A stretch of 64,000 nucleotides of DNA from Oscillospiraceae bacterium (GCA_031556545.1 JAVBST010000004.1:46886-110885); one strand, 5' to 3'; counted from the first letter of the stretch, positions 38,337 through 48,056 are shown. Translations and numbers: made by a program. The notes: generated from the sequence alone by a model not told the origin.

Positions 38337-39119
38337 CTATTCAAGCGCAATATAGCTTGGGAATTCCGCTTGCGTGAGCTTAAGCCTCATTGCGTCCGCA
38401 TTCGTTTTATTGTTAAATGCGCCTGTTTGCACACGGTACAGCTTATCAGGATACAGCTTGGAGATGGCGCTAAATCCGCTATTTTGGAGACGTTGTACCA
38501 TCGCATCCGCATTCGCCTTGATGGCAAACGCTCCCGTCTGGACGCGGAACAAACGATTGGGAATAGGCACTATCGCTTTTACACCCTTATAAGGCAATCG
38601 ATAAAGATCCACAAGTGCTTGGCCATAACAGGCTGCTTCAACTTCCAGCTCACCCTCCGTGTCGATGATCATACGATCCTGCGAGTCGATAAAGGCAAAT
38701 TCCCCTAAGAAGGAGGGAACATTCAGTGAACGGGCTGCGGCAATACACCAGAAATCTATACCTGTTTTAACGCCGCGGCTATTTTGTCCTGCTATCTCCG
38801 CCTCGGAAATCCAATATTCCGCAAGTATCTCTGAACGCGGTGCATTATAGCCAATCCAGGCCTCACAGCCGTCGCCTTCTCCCGCGTTATGATGGATCGA
38901 AATGATGCCATCCGGATTGGCCGCAATCATCTTTTTGGTGCGATCCGGAACATGAACGTCTGTCGTCCGGTTCAATATCAGTTCACAATCGTAATTGGAT
39001 AAAAAATCACGCAAATATAAAGCAACTTTTAAATTCAGTTCCTTTTCAATGAAATCTCTATAAACCGCTCCGGGGTCGACGCCTCCATGTCCGACATCGA
39101 CATATATTCTTGTACTCAT
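38337..39119 (-). CDS. N-acetylmuramoyl-L-alanine amidase (Amidase_3) with two C-terminal SPOR repeats; no signal peptide (CwlC-like architecture)
   Basis: MSTRIYVDVGHGGVDPGAV and SIHHNAG motifs. Two repeats: LFRVQTGAFAIKANADAM and LYRVQTGAFNNKTNADAM. Confidence 0.85.
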   Translation of the reverse strand: MSTRIYVDVGHGGVDPGAVYRDFIEKELNLKVALYLRDFLSNYDCELILNRTTDVHVPDRTKKMIAANPDGIISIHHNAGEGDGCEAWIGYNAPRSEILAEYWISEAEIAGQNSRGVKTGIDFWCIAAARSLNVPSFLGEFAFIDSQDRMIIDTEGELEVEAACYGQALVDLYRLPYKGVKAIVPIPNRLFRVQTGAFAIKANADAMVQRLQNSGFSAISKLYPDKLYRVQTGAFNNKTNADAMRLKLTQAEFPSYIALE

Positions 39120-39240
39120 ATTGTTTTAACCTCCCAGAAATTGGTGTGAAGACACCCACTATTTTTATATGCAGGCAACCTGCAATATGATACTCCGTAC
39201 TTGTGAAAACATCTCTCCCATTTTCATATCGAAAAAAGCA

Positions 39241-39275
39241 CAAGAAAAGCCCCGGCGAATTACTCCACCGGGGCT
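39241..39275 (-). terminator. Rho-independent terminator closing the ORF-less unit, just upstream of the amidase promoter region
   Basis: Minus strand reads AGCCCCGG-TGGAGTAATTCG-CCGGGGCT followed by TTTTCTTGTGCTTTTTT. Confidence 0.7.
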
Positions 39276-39276
39276 A

Positions 39277-40252
39277 ACCATTTTGCCGAATTCCACATCA
39301 CAATCCCGTTGCCATTCCATGGTCTTATCCGAGACCGTGACCAGAGGTATCCACTATTTTTTGTTGGAACTAAATGCTCCATGGCTCTTGCGACTAAGGG
39401 ATTAAGACATGTGCTATACTGAAAATTATAAATCCCTCAAAATTAGCATCAAGGTTTTTAAAATTGCTCAGATCGCTTTTCGTTCCAGAAACATATTCGC
39501 CAAGGTTCACATCATATCGACCAGGAAAAATATATTCTACTGTACGGAAATATGCCTGCTAATCAAACGCTCGAGCCAATCCACTTACGGGAATTTTAGG
39601 CGGCAGGTAACCTGAAACTACTGTCTCTATCCATACCGGAAGTGCATCATTACTTGTTGCCTCCATCCCCAATAAGACAACTTTTTCATCTTATTACAGG
39701 ACAACACTGAAGCAACATCCCCTGTGCTCAGACAAGTTGCCACATACTTGCCTGTCTTGCCGCACTGCGCGAACGCTACGCCTGCCAACGGTCACAAGGC
39801 TTTATGCCTTATATCTGGGAGCATGGAATGAAGTATCATCCTGCTTTCCGTTGCGTTTTAAGCTCCGGATTGCTTAATATTAAATGAACTTATTCCTGAA
39901 TTCCCCTATCATTCTTCATTTACCGTTTCGTCAGCATCGCCACAGGCGGCAGGAACACACACGGTTTCTCTTCATTGTACATTGGAACCGCCTCCTTTGC
40001 TTACATTTATATAAAGGAAAATTACAACTCTGTCCTTTCCAAATCCCCTTCCAATTATTCTCTCATCCTTACACGCGGCCATTGCCTGGTACCGGAAACC
40101 AATGTTTTTCAAAACTCGCCAAGCCGCGTATAATAAAAGGGGTTGCGTTTTACGCCTACATTGAGAGGACAGCGTCTCTATTCCTTTATACAGCGAACCA
40201 ACAATCGCGCTGGAACTTACCATAGCCACCATATATATGAATCTGTTGGTTC
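39277..40252 (-). pseudogene. Promoter-to-terminator unit with no intact ORF: decayed gene(s) and/or a long noncoding transcript
   Basis: One minus-strand frame (about nt 39285-39690) reads protein-like but has six in-frame stops: DEKVVLLGMEATSNDALPVWIETVVSGYLPPKIPVSGLARAFD*QAYFRTVEYIFPGRYDVNLGEYVSGTKSDLSNFKNLDANFEGFIIFSIAHVLIP*SQEPWSI*... The region is visibly more AT-rich than its flanks. Confidence 0.4.
39920..39982 (-). CDS. 20-codon sORF (MYNEEKPCVFLPPVAMLTKR) with a strong SD; possibly the decapitated 5' end of a dead gene
   Basis: AAAGGAGG lies 8 nt upstream of the ATG. The same frame continues protein-like through further stops. Confidence 0.2.
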   Translation of the reverse strand: MYNEEKPCVFLPPVAMLTKR

Positions 40253-40258
40253 AACTAT

Positions 40259-40287
40259 AGTATAAGATATTTCTAGGCAATTGTCAA
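40259..40287 (-). promoter_or_regulatory. Near-consensus sigma-A promoter driving the ORF-less unit
   Basis: Minus strand reads TTGACA, 17-nt spacer, TATACT. Confidence 0.55.
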
Positions 40288-40454
40288 TACATTATATGAA
40301 TTTTATATAAACATTATGTTAACTTTGTTATTTTTCCTCTCCATACTATGCCGCATTTGCCTACGGATATTTTGTCGAAAGCGCTTATGCGCAGGGACGG
40401 ACTCCGTTGAAGGCAGCGCAGCTTTGTGTGTTAGCGCGTTTCTGTTGCCTGGCA

Positions 40455-40494
40455 AACGGCGAGGCCCACCCCGGAAGAGGTGGCCCTCGCCGTT
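40455..40494 (-). terminator. 16-bp hairpin (one mismatch) about 150 nt downstream of the GH53 gene
   Basis: AACGGCGAGGCCCACC-loop-GGTGGCCCTCGCCGTT; no clear U-tract. Confidence 0.45.
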
Positions 40495-40643
40495 GCAATC
40501 AAATTGTTGGGGCTTATCCCGATGTGCTTCTCATTGTACTGTAACAGGGCATCAGTCCCTCAGCACCGCCCCGGGGGGAGGGATAATCACACATAGCACA
40601 AACCCCAAAAACCACAGCGCATTTATGGCCTCGGCGCAGTTGG

Positions 40644-43247
40644 CTAAATCAGCGAAACAACTACATCAAAGGCTTTTGCCGCACTCTTCTCGCCCAAGGA
40701 ATTGCCCGCGTAGGCATATAGGCGGCGAGGATTGCCCGCAGTACCGATCTTCACTTTGAGCACCCAAGTGCAAGTACCATCGGCATTCAGCGTCTTGCTG
40801 ACCACCGTCTTACCCAGACAGGCGGCCGCCGGGTCGCTAGCGGTGCTGATGTTGGCGCTGTAAGCACCCTCGGCATTGGTTTTGATGGTATAATCCGCCA
40901 ACACATTCACCTTGGCACTGCTGGGTGGCGTCACCGATATAACCTCCGGCGCCGCAGCGGTCTTGGTCACATTGATCTCACCCGCCAAGCCGGAGTTCAC
41001 ATAGCCGCTGCCGTCATAGTCAAACCAGACCCGCAGGTCACGTTTACCGGCGGTACCCACTTTCACCGTTGCCGTAAAGGTCTTCACATCGCCGGAAACA
41101 GTGGTCTGCAAATTCTGGAGACTAATCCCCCCGCCATTTTCATTGGTGAGAATCATACCCTGCACGCCGGCCGGGGCTTTTACTATAATCTGGAAGGGTT
41201 CGTCCACCAAAACCTTGCTCTTATCAATGGTAAAGGAGTTGGCGCCTACAGTTACCGTGGCTTTTACGCTCTTCATGTTGCCGTCCACGGTGGCGGTACC
41301 GTTCACCTCAAAGGATCCGGCACCGGCATAGGCAGCAGGAGCTACCGCATCCCAAGTCACCGGCACATCGCTCTTGGCGCCGGTAGTGACATCCATATTT
41401 TTAACCGTCGCCGGCAGCACCGGCGCAGTGCCCGGTGTCGTTGTGCAATAGATGCTGCTCTCCAACACATTCTTGGCATAGGCGTCTTTCCAGACCTGCA
41501 TGGATGCGCGGGCCGTACCATTGACTCCCGAACCCGTAAAGAATACGCTGGTGCCGTTCCACGGCCATACGCCCTGCCCCACGTTGTTAGGCACGTTGTT
41601 GATAATGGAGAGAAGATCCGCGATATCGTCGCCCTGGGACTGAATGGTATAGGGCGTGCCATCCGGCTTGTTATTATCATTGCGGGCGGTACCGGAATAA
41701 GGAGGCGAACATTCCGCAATATTGAGCAGGGTGCCGGGCAGCAGCTTGGAAATTTCCACAAGGTTGCGCTCCAGCTCGCCATAAGAACCGTGCCAATCCT
41801 GATAATATGAAACGCCAATACGGTCAAGTTTGCTGCCCATCTGAGACAGACGGCCCGTCAACTGCGTAATAAACTCTTTGACTTTGGGAAATTTTTCGCT
41901 GTCGGGCAGGGGCACTTTTGCCGCGCCTTCCACAACATTGAACGCACAGTGGACTTCCGTCATAATCGCCGTATTGTAGTCGGTGGAGACTTTCCGCACA
42001 GCACGCACACCCGCATCCACCAAACGGGCCAAACGCTGGCAGGAGTCGAGATATTGCTGGTATTGCGCTGTCGTCACTTCGTCTTTGTGCCAATACTTCC
42101 AGATGATACCCCCACCATATTCATGAGCGTAACGACCGGAGGTATAATAATGGTGCTTGTCTACGCCGGATATATCATCGTACTCCTTGCCCCACATCAT
42201 ACCGTTGGTGATTTCGTTACCGATGGCAACCACAGTGGGCGCCGTGCCCTGCGCCGCCAAATCGGCAATGGTCTTGTACGTGAAATCATAGGTGGCCTGT
42301 ACCAGCGCGTCGAAGGAGAGATCCGCCCAAGCATAGGGTTTGGGTTGATTCTGGGGGTCCGACCAGCTGTCCGCATAGTGGAAGTCGATCGCGGTATCCA
42401 CACCTGCCGCCTTGAGGGCCTTGGCTTCCAGTAGCGTCACCGCAGGACTGCATTGAGGCAGACCCGCACCGATCCCCCCCGAGTAATTACTGGGGTTGCC
42501 GTTGTTCTCATTCTTAGCTTCGTTCCAGATTCTCAGGCGGATGACATCCCAGCCGAAGTCTTTCACGAGTCCAAAAATGCTGTTGCCGGCGGCAGCCGAT
42601 TGCGGGTCGGCCAACCTGCCGCCGCGATAGCCTTCCATCGGGGGTGTATTGCCGGCATTATAGTAATATGTGTTGTTGTTGCTCCCCTGCTCCGACATGT
42701 CCGAACCGTTATACATGTTGTCACGCAGGTAATTGATAACACGGAATTCACGGATTGCTACCGGGACGCCGCCTGTGATGGTCAGTTTCAGATAACGGAG
42801 GCCTTTTTGGCTGAAAATGTCCGTGAATCCGCCCGCGACCTGTGTATTGCCCGTGCGGTCAGCCAACAGGGTCCACTTGCTCCCGTCTGTAGAACCTTCC
42901 AGCTTGTACTGGTAGGCGGCATAAGCGCTGTCAAAAACCACAACCGTTTTCCGCACGGCATCATAGGTGCCGCCCAGATCCAGCATGAACCAGCTGGCTG
43001 CATTGGTTTTGCCCGCGCTCCAGGTGGAATTGAGATCATCGTCCACCGCGAGTTTAGCCTGATCCGAATTCGTGCTCGCTGAAGCGGTAACCCAGTATTT
43101 CCCGGCAATGTTGCTCTCTTTCGGGGTATAGGCAGCTGTGCCGTTGAGGGCCGAGGTCGGCATCGCAAGTAGTGACGGAACCAAAATCAAGGCTGCCACC
43201 AGAGTCGCCATTACGCTTCTGCATAGACGTTTTCTGCTGTTCATCAT
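40644..43247 (-). CDS. Secreted CBM32 (F5/8 type C)-GH53 endo-beta-1,4-galactanase with Ig-like domains and a conserved C-terminal module
   Basis: Signal peptide present. Discoidin-like N-domain (AVDDDLNSTWSAGK...FRVINY). GH53 motifs GWDVIRLRIWN, VAIGNEITNGMMW, GVSYYQDWHGS, NIAECS. Confidence 0.8.
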   Translation of the reverse strand: MMNSRKRLCRSVMATLVAALILVPSLLAMPTSALNGTAAYTPKESNIAGKYWVTASASTNSDQAKLAVDDDLNSTWSAGKTNAASWFMLDLGGTYDAVRKTVVVFDSAYAAYQYKLEGSTDGSKWTLLADRTGNTQVAGGFTDIFSQKGLRYLKLTITGGVPVAIREFRVINYLRDNMYNGSDMSEQGSNNNTYYYNAGNTPPMEGYRGGRLADPQSAAAGNSIFGLVKDFGWDVIRLRIWNEAKNENNGNPSNYSGGIGAGLPQCSPAVTLLEAKALKAAGVDTAIDFHYADSWSDPQNQPKPYAWADLSFDALVQATYDFTYKTIADLAAQGTAPTVVAIGNEITNGMMWGKEYDDISGVDKHHYYTSGRYAHEYGGGIIWKYWHKDEVTTAQYQQYLDSCQRLARLVDAGVRAVRKVSTDYNTAIMTEVHCAFNVVEGAAKVPLPDSEKFPKVKEFITQLTGRLSQMGSKLDRIGVSYYQDWHGSYGELERNLVEISKLLPGTLLNIAECSPPYSGTARNDNNKPDGTPYTIQSQGDDIADLLSIINNVPNNVGQGVWPWNGTSVFFTGSGVNGTARASMQVWKDAYAKNVLESSIYCTTTPGTAPVLPATVKNMDVTTGAKSDVPVTWDAVAPAAYAGAGSFEVNGTATVDGNMKSVKATVTVGANSFTIDKSKVLVDEPFQIIVKAPAGVQGMILTNENGGGISLQNLQTTVSGDVKTFTATVKVGTAGKRDLRVWFDYDGSGYVNSGLAGEINVTKTAAAPEVISVTPPSSAKVNVLADYTIKTNAEGAYSANISTASDPAAACLGKTVVSKTLNADGTCTWVLKVKIGTAGNPRRLYAYAGNSLGEKSAAKAFDVVVSLI
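40647..41234 (-). other. Copy 1 of the shared ~195-aa C-terminal tandem-domain module (GH53 protein)
   Basis: Aligns by eye along its whole length with 50002..50586 and 52494..53069. Confidence 0.75.
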
Positions 43248-43706
43248 GCTCCTCCTAAATAATTGAATTTATCTGAAACTGTTGCCACAGACCGACAATA
43301 GCCCACGCCATTGGTCATTCTTGATTGTACAAAGGATATATGGCTATGATCTGATCCGTCTGCATGCAGCCTCATGCCTACATTTGAAACCCTGAATCTC
43401 GCCCCATATATTTTCCGTGCCGATATAAAAAAGCATTATTTTTCCATCCATTCTAGCAATTAAATGGTAACATGGATTCCCGAGCAAGTCTATGGACATT
43501 TATATCTTAAATATGCAAAATTCTCTCTTTTTAATGAAAAATATCAATAATCATGATTGTATTTGTGATAAGCAAAGGCCGCAATATCCAAAACGGAAAA
43601 GTCCATAATAATTTAAATGAAAACAACGTAAACGTTCAAGAGGGCTTTTCATTTGGCTAAAATTATGCTACAGTAGTGAAAGAAAGTGAACAAGAAGGGA
43701 AAATCG

Positions 43707-44258
43707 ATGAAATTCAATGCATTTGACGCCGGTATCGAACCCGGCGGATTGCGCAATAAAAGCGAGATTAAGATTTTGATCTGCTATATGCTCAGCAGTG
43801 TGGGCAAGCCTCTGACGCAGCAGAACATCAACGAGATTATTCAGGAGACAGGGCTTGCCAATTATTTCGAGGTCAATGACGCCTTGGCCGCTCTGGCCGC
43901 CACACAGAGCATCGCCTGTGTGGAAGAAGAGGGCACCCCCGCTTATTTGGCAACGGAGCTGACCCGAGAGGTGGCCAACACCTTGGAAACCGCCCTCCCC
44001 CTTTCCGTTCGCGAAAAAGCGGTACATGCCGCCGTACGGCTTTTAACCAAAATCCGCCGCGAGCAGGAAAACCGGATTGAGATCCGGCAAAACCAGGATG
44101 GCTACACCATCCGCTGCGCCATTTTGGACGGCAGCATGGAATTGATGTCCATTCAAGTGTATGTGGCCGACCTTATTCAGGCCGAAAGCATCAAGGCGCA
44201 ATTTCTCGAAAACCCGGCCGCAATATATAACGGCGTCATCAACCTATTGGTGGAATAG
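43707..44258 (+). CDS. DUF4364 family protein
   Basis: MKFNAFDAGIEPGGLRNKSEIKILICYML, typical of DUF4364. ATG after GAAGGGA. Confidence 0.65.
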   Translation: MKFNAFDAGIEPGGLRNKSEIKILICYMLSSVGKPLTQQNINEIIQETGLANYFEVNDALAALAATQSIACVEEEGTPAYLATELTREVANTLETALPLSVREKAVHAAVRLLTKIRREQENRIEIRQNQDGYTIRCAILDGSMELMSIQVYVADLIQAESIKAQFLENPAAIYNGVINLLVE

Positions 44259-44270
44259 GTTGATGACGCC
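44232..44270. terminator. 17-bp perfect hairpin between the convergent DUF4364 and araC genes; it embeds the DUF4364 stop codon
   Basis: GGCGTCATCAACCTATT-GGTGG-AATAGGTTGATGACGCC. Confidence 0.6.
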
Positions 44271-44293
44271 GTCCGGTGTTAGATTTGACTTTT

Positions 44294-45169
44294 TTATTTG
44301 GGTTGTGAGGCTTCCTGCTCCTGTTGCAGCTTGGCCAGTTTCTTAGCCCGCACATATTTGCTGGGCGGTACATTCTTGTACTTCTTAAAAATACGAGAAA
44401 AATAAAGCTGATCATTAAAGCCGGAGGAATATGCCGCCTCACTGACGGACAGGCCATGTTCCCGCAGCAGTTGACAGGCCTCATTAATGCGGAAGCGGGT
44501 CAGGAACTCATTGGGCGGAATATTCATGTATTTAATGAATAGTCTGTATAAATGGCTCCTGGAAATGCCCGCGCTTTCGGCAATCTCATCCACATTAATG
44601 TTGCGGGAATAGTTATATTGGATAAACCGCAGGGCCTTCTCTACATATTCATAATCCCCGCCGGAAGCGCTGTCCTCAAAAGGCTCCGCAAAATCCATCA
44701 GCGTTGCCAAAAACAGATATAGTCCGCCAATCATGCGCGCTTCGCTGCGCGTGGAGGTGCCGTTGGCGTTATAGATATCCAGCATCGCCGATTTGATGGT
44801 GTCGTTTTCGCCATAATTATTCACAGGATTGGCCTGCGTCAACCCTGTTGGGCCCATCAGCCGGTCGGCGTCCGCGCCGTTAAAGCCCACCCAGTAATAT
44901 TCCCATGGATTTTGCTGGTCGGCGCAATAGCTAACCACCTTAGTGGGGACAATCAAGAAAATATCGCCGGCTTTCAACTGATAGGTGTGGGTTCCGTCAT
45001 GATAGGTTCCTTCGCCCGAGGATATGTAATGCAGCAGATAGTGGTTGCGCATGGCCGGACCCCAACTGTGATTGGGTTCGCATTTTTGAAACCCGCAGCT
45101 GTACACGGCCAGCCCAATGCTTTCCTGAAACGGCACTTTAAATGAATGCTTAAAAACGGAACTGTCCAT
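44294..45169 (-). CDS. AraC-family transcriptional regulator (cupin sensor plus HTH)
   Basis: C-terminal AraC HTH (ISRSHLYRLFIKY...YSSGFNDQLYFSRIFKK). Divergent from galK. Confidence 0.85.
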   Translation of the reverse strand: MDSSVFKHSFKVPFQESIGLAVYSCGFQKCEPNHSWGPAMRNHYLLHYISSGEGTYHDGTHTYQLKAGDIFLIVPTKVVSYCADQQNPWEYYWVGFNGADADRLMGPTGLTQANPVNNYGENDTIKSAMLDIYNANGTSTRSEARMIGGLYLFLATLMDFAEPFEDSASGGDYEYVEKALRFIQYNYSRNINVDEIAESAGISRSHLYRLFIKYMNIPPNEFLTRFRINEACQLLREHGLSVSEAAYSSGFNDQLYFSRIFKKYKNVPPSKYVRAKKLAKLQQEQEASQPK

Positions 45170-45493
45170 GTCACCGGTCCCTTCCTTTCCACGGCTTGAT
45201 TACAAACACCAATTGTGTTCAGTACGGAAATCAGAAGATCCAAACACCCTTTTTGAACCGGCTGCGCCGGGGCATCCGCTCCGCAGGATCCACGGCCGCG
45301 GTCACAGGGAGTGGTTCATTAACATCAACCTGTTGCTTTCCCTCATTATAACCTCAAAATCGAATTTCTGCAATATTGTGCAACAATTATCCATATATTT
45401 GATAGAATTATTCCGGGTATTTTCGCGCAAAAAGTGCTATGATATTATACAGATTGATAAAGCGCTCACAAACTAACCGGTAAAGGAGGGATA

Positions 45494-45556
45494 ATGGGCA
45501 TTGGCGAATTTGGCTGTTTTAACGCATGGCGCCGCCCTTGCCCTGACATATGGTAG
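45494..45556 (+). CDS. 20-codon upstream ORF (MGIGEFGCFNAWRRPCPDIW) overlapping the galK start
   Basis: AAAGGAGGG lies 5 nt upstream of its ATG. Its TAG stop overlaps the galK ATG region (ATATGGTAG). galK has no SD of its own. Confidence 0.3.
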   Translation: MGIGEFGCFNAWRRPCPDIW

Positions 45557-46833
45557 ATATTTCAAAACTGGCAGAACAATTGCGCGAGGGCCGTTTTGAC
45601 AGCGTGCTTTCACCTCTCTATGTGACGCCATCCGAAGTGGAAGTGCAGCGCACACGGTACGAAAAGGCCACCGCCCGCTTTGCGGAAATCTTTGGCGGGG
45701 ATCGTCAGGTTTCTCTATTCAGCGCCCCGGGCCGTACCGAAGTGGGCGGCAACCATACCGACCATAACCATGGCCGTGTGCTGGCCGCAAGTGTGAATCT
45801 TGACGTCATCGCGGTGGTGGCCCGCAATGAGGATTCTGTCATCCGCATTCAGTCGGAAGGCTACCTCATGGATACGGTGCATCTCAGCGATCTCTCGCCC
45901 CAAACAAACGAGGTCGGCAAATCGCGGAGTTTAATCCGCGGCATATGCGCCCGCATCCGGGAACTCGGATACGAAATCGGGGGATTTGACGCCTATACTA
46001 CCTCGGCGGTGCTCAAAGGCTCTGGCCTTTCTTCCTCTGCAGCCTTTGAAGTGCTGGTGGGCACCATCCTCAACCACCTCTTCTGTGAAGGCGCCATTGA
46101 TGCCGTCCGTATTGCGCAAATCGCACAGTATGCCGAGAACGCCTATTTTGGAAAGCCTTGCGGTCTCATGGATCAAACGGCTTCCTCGGTCGGCTCTTTT
46201 GTAACCATTGATTTCCTGGATCCCGAACATCCGGTGATCGAAACCGTTCAATTTGACTTTAGCGCCTGCGAACACGCCTTATGCATTGTGGATACCGGCG
46301 GCAACCACGCGGATTTGACAGAGGACTACGCCTCCGTCCGCAGGGAAATGGAAGCGGTGGCTGCATTCCTGGGACAGAAAGCCCTGCGCGATGTGGAGCA
46401 GGCAGACTTTTTGGCTGCGATTCCGGCTTTGCGCAAGGAGCTGGGCGACCGCGCCATTTTGCGCGCCATTCACTTTTTTGGTGACAATGCCCGTGTGCTG
46501 GCGGAAGTTGAGGCTTTAAACCAGGGTGATTTTGAAACCTTCAAGCAACATATTATTGCTTCGGGTCTATCTTCTTATCAATACAATCAAAATGTATACA
46601 CCTGCAAGAACCCCTCGGAACAGGGCTTATCCTTGGCCTTGGCCCTTTCCCAGCAAATTTTGGAAGGGCGGGGTGCTTGGCGTGTGCATGGCGGCGGCTT
46701 TGCCGGTACCATTCAGGCCTTTGTGCCCCAGGATCTGCTGCATACTTATCAGCGCCGCATGGAAGAAGTTTTTGGCCCTGGCTCATGCTATATTCTTTCC
46801 ATCCGGCCGGTGGGCGGCGTCAAAGTCCTTTGA
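45550..46833 (+). CDS. galK: Galactokinase (GHMP kinase family)
   Basis: APGRTEVGGNHTDHNHG and the GHMP motif KGSGLSSSAAFEV; adjacent to galT. Confidence 0.75.
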   Translation: MVDISKLAEQLREGRFDSVLSPLYVTPSEVEVQRTRYEKATARFAEIFGGDRQVSLFSAPGRTEVGGNHTDHNHGRVLAASVNLDVIAVVARNEDSVIRIQSEGYLMDTVHLSDLSPQTNEVGKSRSLIRGICARIRELGYEIGGFDAYTTSAVLKGSGLSSSAAFEVLVGTILNHLFCEGAIDAVRIAQIAQYAENAYFGKPCGLMDQTASSVGSFVTIDFLDPEHPVIETVQFDFSACEHALCIVDTGGNHADLTEDYASVRREMEAVAAFLGQKALRDVEQADFLAAIPALRKELGDRAILRAIHFFGDNARVLAEVEALNQGDFETFKQHIIASGLSSYQYNQNVYTCKNPSEQGLSLALALSQQILEGRGAWRVHGGGFAGTIQAFVPQDLLHTYQRRMEEVFGPGSCYILSIRPVGGVKVL

Positions 46834-47042
46834 TAGTTGGTCTACTGTCCAACCCTGCGTTCATGGAACCAGCGTAAACGCTGGCCTGATCGTTTCGTGT
46901 CCTGTTTTGGATCGCTATATGCCAAAGCCAATCAGGTACATTCCTTGTCCCCGAGGCGCAACTTTATAAACCGTAGCCCGGCGAATACCGCACCGCTCTG
47001 CGGCGGGGAAATCTATTACAATATTTTCGGGAGGTTCTTCCT

Positions 47043-48056
47043 ATGGCTGAGTTAAGATGGAATCCACTGATACAAGATTGGGTAATGATTGCCTCACATC
47101 GACAAGACCGCCCCCAGATGCCCAATGACTGGTGTCCTTTCTGTCCGGGTTCCGGTAAGGTCCCTGACCACTATATGGTATATGAATATGATAACGACTT
47201 CCCGGCTCTATCTCAGGCACCCCTGCCGCCAGACGATGTTGTCACCCCTTTCTTTAAGGCTAGGCCTGCCTATGGGAAATGTGAAGTCATTCTATATTCC
47301 CCGGAGCATACTACGACTCTCCCGGAATTGTCTGTGCCGCATATCCATAAACTGGTTGATTTGTGGGCCGAACGCTTTGACGCGATTCGGCAGGATGAAA
47401 ATATTAAGTATGTTTTTATTTTTGAAAACCGTGGCGAAGTGGTGGGCGTGACCATGCCCCATCCCCACGGCCAAATTTACGGCTATTCCCATATTCCCAA
47501 AAAACTCGAAATCGAGTTAAATTCCAGCAAAGCCCATTATGACGACCATCATAGCTGTCTATTCTGCGATATGCTGCAAGCGGAACTGGATTTCAGCCGC
47601 CGGGTTATTTTCAGCACCCCTTATTTCACGGTCTTTTTGCCCTTTTTCTCTGAATATCCCTATGGCGTCTATATCATGAGCAACCACCATGTGGGCGATA
47701 TTACACAGCTCAATGACATACAGCGGGAAGATTTGGCCAGAGTTCTGCAGGAAACCACCGGTATGCTGGATGCCCTGTTTGATTATCAATTCCCCTATAT
47801 GATGTGTATGCACAATGCCCCTGTGAACAGCGGCGATACCAGCGACTATTTCCATTTTCACATTGAATTCTTTCCCCCTATGCGCTCCGCTGACAAGCAG
47901 AAATTCAACGCCTCTTCCGAAACAGGCGCTTGGGCACACTGTAATCCAACCGCACCCGAAGAAAAAGCGCAGGAACTGCGCACTGCCCACCAACGGTTTT
48001 TGCAGGCCAAATTATGCCCGATGGAAGAAGCGGAAGAAAAAGTACAGCATTTTTAG
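47043..48056 (+). CDS. galT: Galactose-1-phosphate uridylyltransferase (HIT-type)
   Basis: CPFCPG zinc site and HPHGQIYGY active-site His-Pro-His. Confidence 0.9.
   Translation: MAELRWNPLIQDWVMIASHRQDRPQMPNDWCPFCPGSGKVPDHYMVYEYDNDFPALSQAPLPPDDVVTPFFKARPAYGKCEVILYSPEHTTTLPELSVPHIHKLVDLWAERFDAIRQDENIKYVFIFENRGEVVGVTMPHPHGQIYGYSHIPKKLEIELNSSKAHYDDHHSCLFCDMLQAELDFSRRVIFSTPYFTVFLPFFSEYPYGVYIMSNHHVGDITQLNDIQREDLARVLQETTGMLDALFDYQFPYMMCMHNAPVNSGDTSDYFHFHIEFFPPMRSADKQKFNASSETGAWAHCNPTAPEEKAQELRTAHQRFLQAKLCPMEEAEEKVQHF

Noticed and set aside
39983-40252. Possible T-box or known riboswitch in the ~270-nt leader of the ORF-less unit
   Set aside because: It contains GGTACC, but the context (TTCCGGTACCAGG) does not match the T-box core (GGGTGGTACCGCG). 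I found no specifier-loop or AGAGA-type elements, and no SAM, TPP, FMN, cobalamin, purine, lysine or glycine core strings. It stays unassigned within the reported finding.
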